Notes: generated from the letters alone by a model not told the origin. A DNA stretch of 64,000 bases from Oscillospiraceae bacterium (GCA_018110825.1 JAGBCL010000046.1:3064-67063); one strand, 5' to 3'; shown: positions 8,455 through 18,787, numbered from the stretch's first letter. Numbers and translations are program-made.

Positions 8455-10622
8455 TGTTAGGCGATGACGCAAGTATGGTATTTATGGAGCTTATTAAAAG
8501 ACTCCTTGAAATCATAAAAACAGTATCAGACGGACATTACAGAAACAGCGGAGCAAAGACTAAACAGCCGAAGAAACCTAAAATCAAAATGGGCAAGCTC
8601 TCTAAAGCCGATTTCAATAAGCTCCGTGACAGTGGTACAAATTTCAGTTATGTTACATTACCGAAGGAAAAACTTGCAGACCTTGAAATAGATGTAAAAA
8701 GGCTTGGCGGCTCATTCTTTGCAACAAAGCTTGAAAACGGCAATAATGCTGTTGTTGCTGTTCCCCAGCAGTATATGGAAATGGTAAGCACAGCAATGAA
8801 GCATATTGTTGCTGATGAAATGTGCAGTGCAGCTGATAAGCTTAAAATCAAGGACGGAGAGGGCAAGGTTGACGAAGCTGATATGAAGCTTACTGCGGAT
8901 ATTCTCCGAGGATATGACATTCCCGTGTATTCCTTTAAGAGTTCAGACGGAAGATATATGAATGTTGTTCCCGATGAATTTGACGGACAGTATGAAGCTG
9001 CTATGAAAGAGGTGCGGACTGTATCCGAACAGCTTAAAAAGGTACAGATTACAAAGTATGAGCAAACCTCACCGCTTGACAGCCTTGACGTATTTGCTGT
9101 AAAGCTTTCTCACGAAGCGGCAAAGGCTTTATATATGCAGGCAAAAGAAAAAGGACTTGATATTAAGTTTGCAAAGGATGGCGAACAGGATATAGCGGTT
9201 TATCCTTCCGAGCTTAAAGACGAAATTGACAGCTTACAGCAGAATGTTTCTGACGGCGTGGAGGAAAGCGAACAATATCTGATTGATGTTAAGGATAATA
9301 CCGTCACAATGGATATTGGCAAGCTTCTTATGGGAGAGGACGAAGCAACATATTTTGTGAGAGTTCCAAACACAGCAGGTAGAGATTATATGTATATCAA
9401 TAAGTCTGATGTGGAGCTTATAAATGACAACAAGACCATTTCAATGAAGCTTGATATGAAGAAATCATATCGCATTTTTGACGCAGAGGGTAATCTGAAA
9501 ACAGGAAGAACAGGAGCACAGCTTTCCCGTTCATACAATACAAAGAGTATGTATGCGGATAAAAATACCGAGGTTGTAAAATACGGCGTAGGTATGGAGC
9601 GTGTGGAGTTGTATAACAAGGAGCAGAACAAGCTCATTAGTCTTGGTATTGACAGTGCAGATAAGATCCGTTCGGAACTGCTCGAACAGGGAATATCGGC
9701 AAGAGCCGCAGAACGTCTGCTTGACGATATTGATAAACAGATTCCTGACAACTACAAGAGTATTTTCAATTATACAGCAGAAAAGACAGAAATCGTGTAT
9801 GATGATATTCCAAACATCGGACAGCTCCTTGCACAGTGTCAGCTTGCCCATCAAGTTATCGGCAAGGCTGAATGTGTAGGCGAACTTCCGCAGGGTGTAG
9901 GTGAAATGTGCTGTGTTTTCGATGAGAGCAGTAATAAATATGCGGTGTTGACGGACTTTTCAAAGGATAGCGTCCTTGAAATCCTTGATACAATGGGATT
10001 TGAAAAGCTCACAGCGGAAAGAATTGCAGACAGAGTAGCGGAAACCGAGGATATTCATATTGAGGATAAGCAGACAGAGCTTGCACCAAAGACCTTTGAA
10101 GCAAGCAATCCCGAACTTGCAAATATGATGTATCATAATTCAGAGTACGGTATGCTCATAGTTCAGGAGTCGGGAGAGCAGTACAGATATATGGATATTG
10201 ACAAAGGTACTCCGAGAGAAGATGTTGAAAAAGCTTTGCTAAAAAATTTTGATATTAAAGATGAAATGTCGGCGGCAGATATTATGAAACAGCTTGTAAA
10301 GGACGGTGTTATCGAAGCACCTGACGTAACAAAATATGCTGACGTAAGCATTGAGAAAATATCCACGAATCTTGTTGAAATCTCACACGGCGGACAATCG
10401 GCAGTAATGCCAAAGGATAAGCTTGACAGAAGCAGGCTTGAGGATATAGGTTTGGATAAAAAGACAGCCGACGGAGTTATAAAAACAATCGGCAGCTCAA
10501 ACAGACAGACCTTACAGCAGCTTAAAAGATATGCCGCTAATGCTATCGGAACTGTTAAGGATAACGGCGGAAAGCTCCTTAATTCTATCGGAGATAAGCT
10601 TTCCAAAGGACAGGACAGGTAG
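8454..10622 (+). CDS. PcfB/DUF3801-like N-terminal domain protein with a long C-terminal extension
   Basis: The N-terminal segment (LSKADFNKL...VTLPKEKLADLEIDVKRLGGSFFATKL...VAVPQQY) has the sequence character of PcfB and its usual position directly upstream of the coupling-protein gene. Confidence 0.55.
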   Translation: MLGDDASMVFMELIKRLLEIIKTVSDGHYRNSGAKTKQPKKPKIKMGKLSKADFNKLRDSGTNFSYVTLPKEKLADLEIDVKRLGGSFFATKLENGNNAVVAVPQQYMEMVSTAMKHIVADEMCSAADKLKIKDGEGKVDEADMKLTADILRGYDIPVYSFKSSDGRYMNVVPDEFDGQYEAAMKEVRTVSEQLKKVQITKYEQTSPLDSLDVFAVKLSHEAAKALYMQAKEKGLDIKFAKDGEQDIAVYPSELKDEIDSLQQNVSDGVEESEQYLIDVKDNTVTMDIGKLLMGEDEATYFVRVPNTAGRDYMYINKSDVELINDNKTISMKLDMKKSYRIFDAEGNLKTGRTGAQLSRSYNTKSMYADKNTEVVKYGVGMERVELYNKEQNKLISLGIDSADKIRSELLEQGISARAAERLLDDIDKQIPDNYKSIFNYTAEKTEIVYDDIPNIGQLLAQCQLAHQVIGKAECVGELPQGVGEMCCVFDESSNKYAVLTDFSKDSVLEILDTMGFEKLTAERIADRVAETEDIHIEDKQTELAPKTFEASNPELANMMYHNSEYGMLIVQESGEQYRYMDIDKGTPREDVEKALLKNFDIKDEMSAADIMKQLVKDGVIEAPDVTKYADVSIEKISTNLVEISHGGQSAVMPKDKLDRSRLEDIGLDKKTADGVIKTIGSSNRQTLQQLKRYAANAIGTVKDNGGKLLNSIGDKLSKGQDR

Positions 10623-10630
10623 GTGAGATA

Positions 10631-12769
10631 ATGGCAAGTAATATGGGTGTTAAGGAAAAGAAAACAGATTATACTATGCTTGCCATTTACGGTATAGCGG
10701 TTGTAGCTGTTATCGTAATATGCACTTGGGGCGGTTATGTTCTTGAAATGACCGCTTCACCGAAAAAGGGTGTACAGTGGCTTAAAGCATTAAATGAAAT
10801 AGGTGAGTATGCAAATCCTGTTGCTTTTTTCAATGCCTTCGGACAGATTTTTGTGGGAAACGGTATCACGAAAAAAGGCTTTATCATAGGAATGATGGGA
10901 GCAGCTCTCATTGTACTGTATAAGCTGTCAAGCGGCGGTAAGCGTTACCACAGAAAAGGCTCGGAGCACGGCTCGGCAAGGTGGGGAAATGCACAGGAAA
11001 AGAAAATCATTGCTGATACCACCGATTTCTATAACAATGTAATCTGTGCTTCTGATGTATTTTTAGTTCTTGACCGTAAAAAGCGTGAGGAAAACGAAAA
11101 TGCAGGCAAGAAGCAGAAAAAGAAGAAGCAGACAAAAAAGTCTGCTCCCGAAAATGTAGAATATGTTTATGATGAAGAAGCTCCCACAGAGCAGAAATTT
11201 GACAATGAAAAGCTGACACTTACAAAAATAGCGGAAATGAGAAAAGCGGCGGCAAAGATAAAACCTATGCTTAACCTCAATATGATAGTGCTGGGCGGCT
11301 CAGGTACAGGTAAATCTCGTTTCCTTGTAAAACCAAATCTGCTTATGTGCAATACATCTTTTGTTGTTACAGACCCGTCAGGTGAGCTTGTGCAGTCCTG
11401 CGGAATGATGCTGCTGCGTAGGGGATATAAGATAAAGGTGTTTAATATTAACGATATGAAGCACTCGTCAAACTATAACCCTTTCCATTATCTCCGTGAC
11501 AGCAACGGCGAAATCAACAGCAACAATGTCATAAAAATGATTAACGTTTTTATGGAAAACACAAAGGAAGAAGGAGCTTCATCGGGTGACCAATTTTGGA
11601 CGGACGCAACAAGACTTCTGCTTTCATCGCTTTGTTTCCTGTTAATCGAAACGGGAACGGAGGAAGAACAGAACTTTGCAAATGTCCTTGACCTTATTCA
11701 TAAGGCAAAAGTAATCGAGGGCAAGGAAGAAGAAAAATCCGAGCTTGACCTGATGTTTGATAAGCGTAAGGAAGTTGCTCCAAAAGCCTTGTCAGTACAG
11801 TATTATGAGGAATTTAAACAGGCTGCGGGCAAAACAATGCAGTCAATCCTCATTTCAACCACAACAAAGCTTCAGCATTTTAAGCTGGAGGATGTGCGGA
11901 ATCTGACATATACCGACAACATTCACCTTGAAACAATGGGAGATGAAAAGACAGCGTTATTTATCATAATTCCGTCAACAGATACAACGTACAATTTTCT
12001 TGCGGCGATGATGTACACACAGCTTTTTGATACGCTGTATGACAGAGCGATAACGCATTTTCACGGAAGATTGCCTGTTCACGTCCGTTTCCTCCTTGAT
12101 GAGTTTGCGAACGTAGGTAAAATCCCTGAATTTGAAAAGATACTTGCAACCTGCCGTAAGTTTGAAATATCAGCGGTTGTAATTCTGCAAAACCTGTCCC
12201 AGCTCAAGCGAATGTATGAAAAATCGTGGGAGGAATTGCCCGGTAACTGCGATACTATGATTTATCTCGGCGGTAAAGACCAATTCACTAATGAATATCT
12301 TTCAAAGGAGCTTGGCAAGGAAACCATCGACCAGCAAAGCATAAATCAGACAAAGGGCAAGCAGGGCAGCTCATCGTACAATAACGCAATCCTCGGACGT
12401 GAGCTTGCAACTATCGACGAGCTTTCCACAATGGATAACAATGATTGTATTGTAATGGTGCGAGGTCTGCACCCATTCCTTACGGCAAAATTTGATGTAA
12501 CAAATCACCCACGCTACAATATGCTTGATGAAGCCGACAAGGAGCATAACACATATTATCTTGAAGAAAAGATATTCACACAGGAAGAAACTGAAATTAT
12601 TGAGTTTTCCGAATTTTACGATGATGAATATGAGGAAACGGAAACTCTTGAAATCGGCTATGTAACAAGCAATAACGAGATTATTATTCCACCGCCTGAC
12701 CTGATGGAAGATATTCCTGACGAGATATGCGACAGGCTGAAGGATTTTGTAGGTGTGTATGCAATGTGA
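10631..12769 (+). CDS. Type IV coupling protein (VirD4/TraG family)
   Basis: Two N-terminal TM helices, Walker A LGGSGTGKS, Walker B-region FLLDEFANVG, and an acidic C-terminal tail. Confidence 0.9.
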   Translation: MASNMGVKEKKTDYTMLAIYGIAVVAVIVICTWGGYVLEMTASPKKGVQWLKALNEIGEYANPVAFFNAFGQIFVGNGITKKGFIIGMMGAALIVLYKLSSGGKRYHRKGSEHGSARWGNAQEKKIIADTTDFYNNVICASDVFLVLDRKKREENENAGKKQKKKKQTKKSAPENVEYVYDEEAPTEQKFDNEKLTLTKIAEMRKAAAKIKPMLNLNMIVLGGSGTGKSRFLVKPNLLMCNTSFVVTDPSGELVQSCGMMLLRRGYKIKVFNINDMKHSSNYNPFHYLRDSNGEINSNNVIKMINVFMENTKEEGASSGDQFWTDATRLLLSSLCFLLIETGTEEEQNFANVLDLIHKAKVIEGKEEEKSELDLMFDKRKEVAPKALSVQYYEEFKQAAGKTMQSILISTTTKLQHFKLEDVRNLTYTDNIHLETMGDEKTALFIIIPSTDTTYNFLAAMMYTQLFDTLYDRAITHFHGRLPVHVRFLLDEFANVGKIPEFEKILATCRKFEISAVVILQNLSQLKRMYEKSWEELPGNCDTMIYLGGKDQFTNEYLSKELGKETIDQQSINQTKGKQGSSSYNNAILGRELATIDELSTMDNNDCIVMVRGLHPFLTAKFDVTNHPRYNMLDEADKEHNTYYLEEKIFTQEETEIIEFSEFYDDEYEETETLEIGYVTSNNEIIIPPPDLMEDIPDEICDRLKDFVGVYAM

Positions 12770-12805
12770 AATTACATACACATATTAACAGTATCAATAT
12801 TTCTT

Positions 12806-13669
12806 TTATTTTTTTCTTCCCATATATTTTGAGGATTCATATTGTTTTAATGAAGAAAAGTCACATTTTGCCTTGTTAATATCAAATAAAGCCAAGCAAG
12901 CTCCCTTTTTATATACTGTACTTCTATATATTACCCCATCAAAGCCATTTCTTTCAAAGTAATCACAGAGAACGTGAAAAGGTCTATATTGATTTTGCAA
13001 AGTTATTGACGACGATTTATCAATGGGTTCAAACATTTTTGAGTGCTCCCAAATTGATAAAGAAATCTGTATTAACCATTTTGCTACTATGTTTTCTGAT
13101 AAACTATTTCCAAATGGGTCAAAACATTTTTCTTTTAAGAAACTATAGACTCTTTTTTCATTTGTAGGAATTTTTTCAATAGTTCTCAAATCAATAAACT
13201 TCAACTCACCAACATCATTTGGAATATTGAAATAGCATCCGTAGAAATCATCATCGTTTTCAAGTCTTAATTCATGTGCAGCGGTATATATTAATTCTTC
13301 TCCGTAGCATTCTTTGTAGGAAATGGTGAAATAATTATATAATCTATCCGAACCATTCATACGACTTGGATTGTCATCACTGACAAATTTCCAATCTGGA
13401 ATAAATCGTGATTCTATTACTTTTGAAGGATCATTTTCTCGTACACCTCTAAAGTAACTTGAAATTGCTGGTGATGTGACTGTGAATTCGTCCTTATATT
13501 GAAGTAATTGATTTATTACATTTATGAAGGTACTGTCATCTATTAAGTTTTCAAATTTAGGAAGGGGATTGTGATTATCAATAAGGTAGTTGCATATGTT
13601 ATCCCATTGCTTATTCCATGTGACAATACATTTTTCATAATTGATGTTTAAATTTTCAAGCATTAACAA
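12806..13669 (-). CDS. RES-domain protein (putative NAD+-targeting toxin fold), orphan
   Basis: The R/E/S triad appears in the expected contexts: SRMNGSDRLYNY, TAAHELR and GFDGVIYRSTV...CLALFD. It is the only minus-strand gene in this stretch and is visibly more AT-rich than its neighbours. Confidence 0.6.
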   Translation of the reverse strand: MLMLENLNINYEKCIVTWNKQWDNICNYLIDNHNPLPKFENLIDDSTFINVINQLLQYKDEFTVTSPAISSYFRGVRENDPSKVIESRFIPDWKFVSDDNPSRMNGSDRLYNYFTISYKECYGEELIYTAAHELRLENDDDFYGCYFNIPNDVGELKFIDLRTIEKIPTNEKRVYSFLKEKCFDPFGNSLSENIVAKWLIQISLSIWEHSKMFEPIDKSSSITLQNQYRPFHVLCDYFERNGFDGVIYRSTVYKKGACLALFDINKAKCDFSSLKQYESSKYMGRKK

Positions 13670-13752
13670 TTTTCTCCTTTAAATATAATCTTATTATGTT
13701 AAGTATATTATATCATAAACCCATAGACAAAACAACAAGGAGCTGAAAACTT

Positions 13753-13914
13753 ATGTTAAATACAAAAGAAGTCAACATCATAAACAAAACTCTTGCCAAA
13801 GGGTATGATGTAGAAATACAGCATCGTAAAAACGGTCTTGTTATAATAAAATCCGATAAGGAAGTCTGTTATCGGCAGGAAAAGAAAGAGCCGAAAGCAG
13901 AAAATACAACTTAA
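13753..13914 (+). CDS. Hypothetical 53-aa protein (not in the ORF track)
   Basis: ATG at 13753 preceded by AAGGAG. The product is MLNTKEVNIINKTLAKGYDVEIQHRKNGLVIIKSDKEVCYRQEKKEPKAENTT. A strong terminator follows. Confidence 0.4.
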   Translation: MLNTKEVNIINKTLAKGYDVEIQHRKNGLVIIKSDKEVCYRQEKKEPKAENTT

Positions 13915-13952
13915 TATATTTGCCGTACCTAAAGAGTGGTACGGAACAGCTA

Positions 13953-14003
13953 AAGAGAGCTAATAAACGTGTTAATTCACGTTTGTTGGCTCTCTTTTTT
14001 TAT
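13953..14003 (+). terminator. Rho-independent terminator (compound stem)
   Basis: Outer arms AAGAGAGC and GCTCTCTT enclose an inner AAACGTG/CACGTTT stem, followed by a T7 run. A second small hairpin, CCGTACC/GGTACGG, lies at 13923-13944. Confidence 0.75.
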
Positions 14004-14138
14004 TTCCCCAAGTTATCAACACTTACGCTGTCAGCCTCGGCAGATGAGTAATAACTGTTTTTGAACAAAGAGTGCGTGTAAGAGCAGGGAGCGTAAAGTG
14101 ATGATATAAAAAAAATATTTTAAGGAGGTTCATTCAAA

Positions 14139-14540
14139 ATGAACAAGATTACAGCAGCAGTAAACAAGGCACAGGACGCAGTTACGGAGTTCGGTGCAAG
14201 AACAATGGTTAAGGCAACAAACGCAACGGGCAAGCTTATGACAACAAAGGTCGGCAAGGCTATGTTCGCAGTTCCTATGGCGGTATCGGCTTGTTCCCTG
14301 ACCGTACACGCAGAGGATGCAACCGCACAGGGTATGATTGACGGAATTATGGGTATCCTCGGACCCGGCGTAATCGGTCTTGGCTCGCTCGTTGCAGTTG
14401 TCGGCGGTATTCAGACAGGCGTAGGCTTCAAGGACGATAATGCCGACGGTAAGACAAGAGGATTCCAGACACTTATCGGCGGTGCGATTATTGCCGCAGT
14501 AGGAGCACTTGTTCCTTCCACAATTTCTCTCGGTGGTTAA
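14139..14540 (+). CDS. Maff2-like / VirB2-analog small membrane protein
   Basis: Signal-like segment ending in AxA-type HAED, then two Gly-rich TM helices flanking a short charged loop (GFKDDNADGKTRG). It is the first gene of the MPF block. Confidence 0.5.
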   Translation: MNKITAAVNKAQDAVTEFGARTMVKATNATGKLMTTKVGKAMFAVPMAVSACSLTVHAEDATAQGMIDGIMGILGPGVIGLGSLVAVVGGIQTGVGFKDDNADGKTRGFQTLIGGAIIAAVGALVPSTISLGG

Positions 14541-14606
14541 TAAACGATAGGTAGGGGCGGTTTTATACAGAATCGCCCTTGTCGTGAGAAAAGGAGAGTG
14601 ATTAAA

Positions 14607-15437
14607 ATGGCTGAACCAAGCGGTGCACAGAAATTCTTTGAAGCAGCAGTATCGGTAATCGAAAGTGAAGCGGAAGGATTTGCGGGTGTGCTTGACGCAA
14701 TGGTGTCCTTTGACGTAGTAAGTCAGTGCGGAAGTGCCCTTGATATTTTCACAGCGGCAGGCTCGGCATTGCTCACTTTGTTTTTCTGTATGGAAGCTTT
14801 CACATATTGTGCGTCCATTGATTTCAACGGCGGTATCGAGGGAGCACTCCGAATAGCGATGAAGCTTATCGTGAGCCAGCTTATAGTATCAAACACAGGA
14901 AACATTGTAGGTGCAGTATCAGAGCTGTTCAGAAGCGTAACCTGCGACTCGTATTCAACAGCATTTTCGGGAATATCAACAGCCTTTACAACAGCGGCAA
15001 CAGCCGGAGAAATGGACGGCGGCGTGCTTGACATCAACTATATCTGTATGGGTGTCCTGTTGTTCCTCGTGGTAGCGGTACTGTTTATCCTGTTTTCACT
15101 CATCGTCATTACAATGCTGGGTGTGGTATTTGAAACAGGCGTACTTATTGCAATTTCTCCCGTAGCACTGTCAACACTTGTAAACTCACAGGCTCGTTCA
15201 ACAGGTATTACTTTCATCAAGAATTTTGCGGCAGTATCAATGCAGTGGGGAGTTCTTTCAGTATGTTTCCTTGTATATACGCAGGTGAGCAACGGACTTG
15301 TACTCTCATTTGCAGACGTATCAGACAGTATGCTGGGACAGATAATGCGTTTTGCTACTCCGCTTTTAAGCGTAATAATGCTTGCGGTTATGGTATCAAA
15401 GGCAAGTGAAATGACCAAGAGAGCGTTAGGAGGTTAA
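14607..15437 (+). CDS. VirB6/TrbL-like polytopic membrane protein
   Basis: At least 5 predicted TM helices, positioned between the pilin-like and PrgI-like genes. I chose the ATG at 14607 (AAGGAGAG RBS). Confidence 0.55.
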   Translation: MAEPSGAQKFFEAAVSVIESEAEGFAGVLDAMVSFDVVSQCGSALDIFTAAGSALLTLFFCMEAFTYCASIDFNGGIEGALRIAMKLIVSQLIVSNTGNIVGAVSELFRSVTCDSYSTAFSGISTAFTTAATAGEMDGGVLDINYICMGVLLFLVVAVLFILFSLIVITMLGVVFETGVLIAISPVALSTLVNSQARSTGITFIKNFAAVSMQWGVLSVCFLVYTQVSNGLVLSFADVSDSMLGQIMRFATPLLSVIMLAVMVSKASEMTKRALGG

Positions 15438-15441
15438 GCAG

Positions 15442-15921
15442 ATGATAAGAGCAGATATTCCGCAGGATGTAACAGAGTATAAGGAGCAGTTCTTTCTCGG
15501 AATGACAGGCAGACAGATACTTTGCGTAATTCTTATGCTTGTGCTTGCGGTAGGAACATTCCTTATCGGAAAGAATTTTGTAACAACGGATATTCTTGTT
15601 TATCTCATAGTGCTTGAGGTTGCACCTCTTGCAGCAGTGGGATTTCTGAAATACAACGGTATGGGATTTGAGAAAATCATAGTGCAGGTTGCAGATTTTT
15701 ATGTAGGCAATCAGCACCGAAAAATCGCATATCTTCCCGAAGAAACGGAAATACACGATAAGGTGCGTGAAATTGCACTTTCTGCCGCTGAAAAAGAGCG
15801 TAAGGCAGAGCTTAAACAGCGTAAAAAAGACAACAAGGCTTTAAAGAAAGCCGAGAAAATCGAAAGGAGGAAAAGAAATGCCCGAAGGAACAAACGAGGT
15901 AACAACGGCGGTAACTGCTGA
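15442..15921 (+). CDS. PrgI-family (VirB3-like) membrane protein with a K/R-rich tail
   Basis: The N-terminal pattern IPQDVTEYKEQFFLGMTGRQIL plus two TM helices is typical of PrgI-family proteins. It lies directly upstream of, and overlaps, the VirB4-like gene. Confidence 0.6.
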   Translation: MIRADIPQDVTEYKEQFFLGMTGRQILCVILMLVLAVGTFLIGKNFVTTDILVYLIVLEVAPLAAVGFLKYNGMGFEKIIVQVADFYVGNQHRKIAYLPEETEIHDKVREIALSAAEKERKAELKQRKKDNKALKKAEKIERRKRNARRNKRGNNGGNC

Positions 15922-18787
15922 ATCAGTTACAACGGTTATCCCGTCAAATGAAGAAGTCATTTCACAGATAGCATCCGAAGCGGTATCGGAAGCTATGGAA
16001 AATGCGGGAGTAAGCTTTTCCGAAACAGCAGAAACAAATGCTGAAACCACAGCTTTTTCAACAGCTACACAGATGACGGTTGAAACGGAAACTGTAACCG
16101 AGGTTACAGAAGCAGAGGTTACGGAAAGCGTAACTGTATTACCGCCCGAAACTGCGGCAGTAGTAACAGAGCCGACAGCGGAAGTAACAACCGTAACCGC
16201 TGTTAATGAGGAAACACCACAGCAGAACAGTATCCCTCCGCAGTATATTTTTATCCCCCTGCTTATCATCATACTTGCATTTGCTGCAATTTTTGTAAAG
16301 AAAAATAGCGTAAAAAGCAAGTCGGCGGAGGGTAAATCTTCCGCAAAGGCAAGGGATATTGCAAGACTTGAAGCGGCAAAGTCAGGCAAGTCCAAGAAAA
16401 AGGATAAGGCAGATAAGTCCGAAAAAGAAAAGAAAAACCTTTCCAAAAAGGTGCTTGACACTATTCCGTATAAAAAGGTACTTGCGGATAATATATGGTT
16501 TTTGGGTAAGAAAATGTATTCAAAAGCCTACACATTCGATGATATAAACTTTAATCTTGCTGATGAAGAACAGCAGTATATGTATCTTGAACGCTACATT
16601 GAATTTATGAATGTGCTTGATGATACAGTTGACTGTCAGATTTGTCTTTGGAACAGCAAGATAAATATGGAGGAGTTCAGACACAGAACGCTTATGAAGC
16701 AGAGAGCCGATGACTATTTCAATCTCCGCTTTGAGTACAACAACCGTGTGCTTGAAGAAAACATTAAGAAAGGTCAGAACGCTATTCAGAAGCATATGTA
16801 CATAACCCTCACTATCAAAGCTCCCGATGAGGAAACGGCGGCAAGAAAATTCAAGTCGCTGGATATAGCGGCAGTGAACAGTTTTAACCGTATCGGAAAC
16901 ACTAATATGCGTGTGCTTACATCACAGGAAAGGGTTGAAATGCTCAAGGATTTCTTTATCGGTACAAATGAAGAAGCTGTTCCGAAGCTCACCGAGGAAG
17001 ATTATGCAAAGGGCAGGGATAAGCTGTATTGCTGTCCTGACTATTTCGATTTCAAGAAAGACTACTTTATGTTCAACGATACCTATGCAAAGACAGTGTT
17101 TATCCGTGACTATCCCGCAACAGGAACATCGGAAATTTTCACTGATTTGCTTGCAACAGGTATTGAGATTATGATTACCACCAATATCGAAACCTATGAT
17201 ACTGCTGCCGCACGAAAGCTTGTACAGCACCAAATCACAGCGATTGATACGGATATGGCAAAGAGAGAGGTAGCCGCAGCTCAGCACGGTAATTTCAGCT
17301 CACAAATGCCACAGCGTATTAAAAATCAGCGTGACAGTATGGTAAGCGTGTATGACAAAATCACAATGAAAGACCAGAAGCTTTTCCTTACGAATATTCA
17401 GATACTCATTAAGGCAAAGTCTTATGAAGAACTTGTCAACAACACGGAAATCATCGAAAGTACGCTGAAACGCTCAGGCTGTGTAAAGGGTGAAATGGCT
17501 TGGCAGCAGGAGGACGGAATGGTTGACTGTCTGCCTTGCGGTTATCAGCGTAAGTTCAACTGGCAGAGAACAATGCCTTCGGAGTCGGTAGCAATTTTTA
17601 TGCCGTTCAATGTAAAGGAAATGCAGATGAACAATGCAACATACTATGGTCTGAACGTTCTGTCGCATAATATCATTACATTTGACCGTATGACAGGACT
17701 TATAAACCCGTCAGGCTTCATTTTAGCCTGCCCCGGCTCAGGTAAGAGCTTTGCGGCAAAGCGAGAAATGATTGATGTGTTCCTGCGTGATCCGAACGCA
17801 GATATTCTTGTAATTGATCCGGAAAGAGAATACTGGAAGCTTGCAGAAGCTTTTGACGGTACTGTTGTAAAGTTTTCCAACGGCTCAAAGTCATATATCA
17901 ATCCATTTGATTTTGACCTTGCACTCCTTGACGATGATGAAATTGATATTATCGCTGACAAGTGCCAGCTTATCACATCATTTATCAGTTGTATGGACAG
18001 CAAGCACCCATTGAACGCACAGGAGAAATCCTTTGTTGACCGTTGCGTAAGAAAGGCATATATCAAGTCAGGTGTACTTGACAGCCTTGATCCAAAGGAT
18101 ATGCCTACATTGGGGACTTTTTATGAGTGTATGAAGGCTGAAACGGAGAATATCAGCAAGGAAATGAAAGATAAACTTGTCGTAACCATTGAGATGTATG
18201 TAAACGGTTCGGCAAAATATTTCAACAATCAGACCAATATCGACACCGACAACCGTTTCATTTCATACGATATTCGTGACCTAAGCGGCAATCTTAAAAC
18301 GCAGTCAATGCTCCTTATTCTCGATTATGTATGGAACAGGCTTTCACGAAATCGTGATTTGGGACGTGCTACATACATTTATTTCGACGAAGCACACCTG
18401 CTGTTTGCAGACGAATACGCACTTGACTATCTCCGTATGTTGTGGAAACGAGCAAGAAAGTACGGCGGTGTTCTCACAGGAATCACACAGAACGTTGAAG
18501 ATCTGCTGAAAGATGATAAGTCCCGTTCAATGCTCAGTAACTCAGAATTTCTTGTTCTTCTCAAACAGAATCCCACAGATGCGGCAAAGCTGCAGGATAT
18601 TCTTCACTTTACCGACAGTGAAATTCAGTATGTAAATGATACACCTGCGGGACACGGTATCCTTGTCCTCGGCGGTAAGGATAAAATCCCGTTCTATGAC
18701 GAATTCCCGAAGGATACAGAGCTGTATAGCAAGATGACCACAAACTTCTCTGAAACAGCAAAAATGCTTGAAGCAAAATCAGGATAA
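15878..18787 (+). CDS. VirB4-like conjugative ATPase with an N-terminal low-complexity + TM extension
   Basis: Walker A ACPGSGKSF and Walker B-region YIYFDEAHLL. A strong AGGAGG RBS precedes the ATG at 15878. The first ~190 aa are T/V/E/A-rich, followed by one TM helix and a K-rich linker. Confidence 0.85.
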   Translation: MPEGTNEVTTAVTAESVTTVIPSNEEVISQIASEAVSEAMENAGVSFSETAETNAETTAFSTATQMTVETETVTEVTEAEVTESVTVLPPETAAVVTEPTAEVTTVTAVNEETPQQNSIPPQYIFIPLLIIILAFAAIFVKKNSVKSKSAEGKSSAKARDIARLEAAKSGKSKKKDKADKSEKEKKNLSKKVLDTIPYKKVLADNIWFLGKKMYSKAYTFDDINFNLADEEQQYMYLERYIEFMNVLDDTVDCQICLWNSKINMEEFRHRTLMKQRADDYFNLRFEYNNRVLEENIKKGQNAIQKHMYITLTIKAPDEETAARKFKSLDIAAVNSFNRIGNTNMRVLTSQERVEMLKDFFIGTNEEAVPKLTEEDYAKGRDKLYCCPDYFDFKKDYFMFNDTYAKTVFIRDYPATGTSEIFTDLLATGIEIMITTNIETYDTAAARKLVQHQITAIDTDMAKREVAAAQHGNFSSQMPQRIKNQRDSMVSVYDKITMKDQKLFLTNIQILIKAKSYEELVNNTEIIESTLKRSGCVKGEMAWQQEDGMVDCLPCGYQRKFNWQRTMPSESVAIFMPFNVKEMQMNNATYYGLNVLSHNIITFDRMTGLINPSGFILACPGSGKSFAAKREMIDVFLRDPNADILVIDPEREYWKLAEAFDGTVVKFSNGSKSYINPFDFDLALLDDDEIDIIADKCQLITSFISCMDSKHPLNAQEKSFVDRCVRKAYIKSGVLDSLDPKDMPTLGTFYECMKAETENISKEMKDKLVVTIEMYVNGSAKYFNNQTNIDTDNRFISYDIRDLSGNLKTQSMLLILDYVWNRLSRNRDLGRATYIYFDEAHLLFADEYALDYLRMLWKRARKYGGVLTGITQNVEDLLKDDKSRSMLSNSEFLVLLKQNPTDAAKLQDILHFTDSEIQYVNDTPAGHGILVLGGKDKIPFYDEFPKDTELYSKMTTNFSETAKMLEAKSG

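Noticed and set aside
15841-16461. Long antisense ORFs overlapping well-supported genes. Examples: 15841-16461 (-), 3109-3696 (-), 10163-10606 (-), 35559-36200 (-), 50141-50830 (-), 55416-56066 (+), 25941-26465 (-).
   Set aside because: Each lies entirely inside a gene with strong family motifs on the opposite strand. They lack RBS-like sequences and have low-complexity or Ser/Leu/Ile-rich shadow-frame composition.
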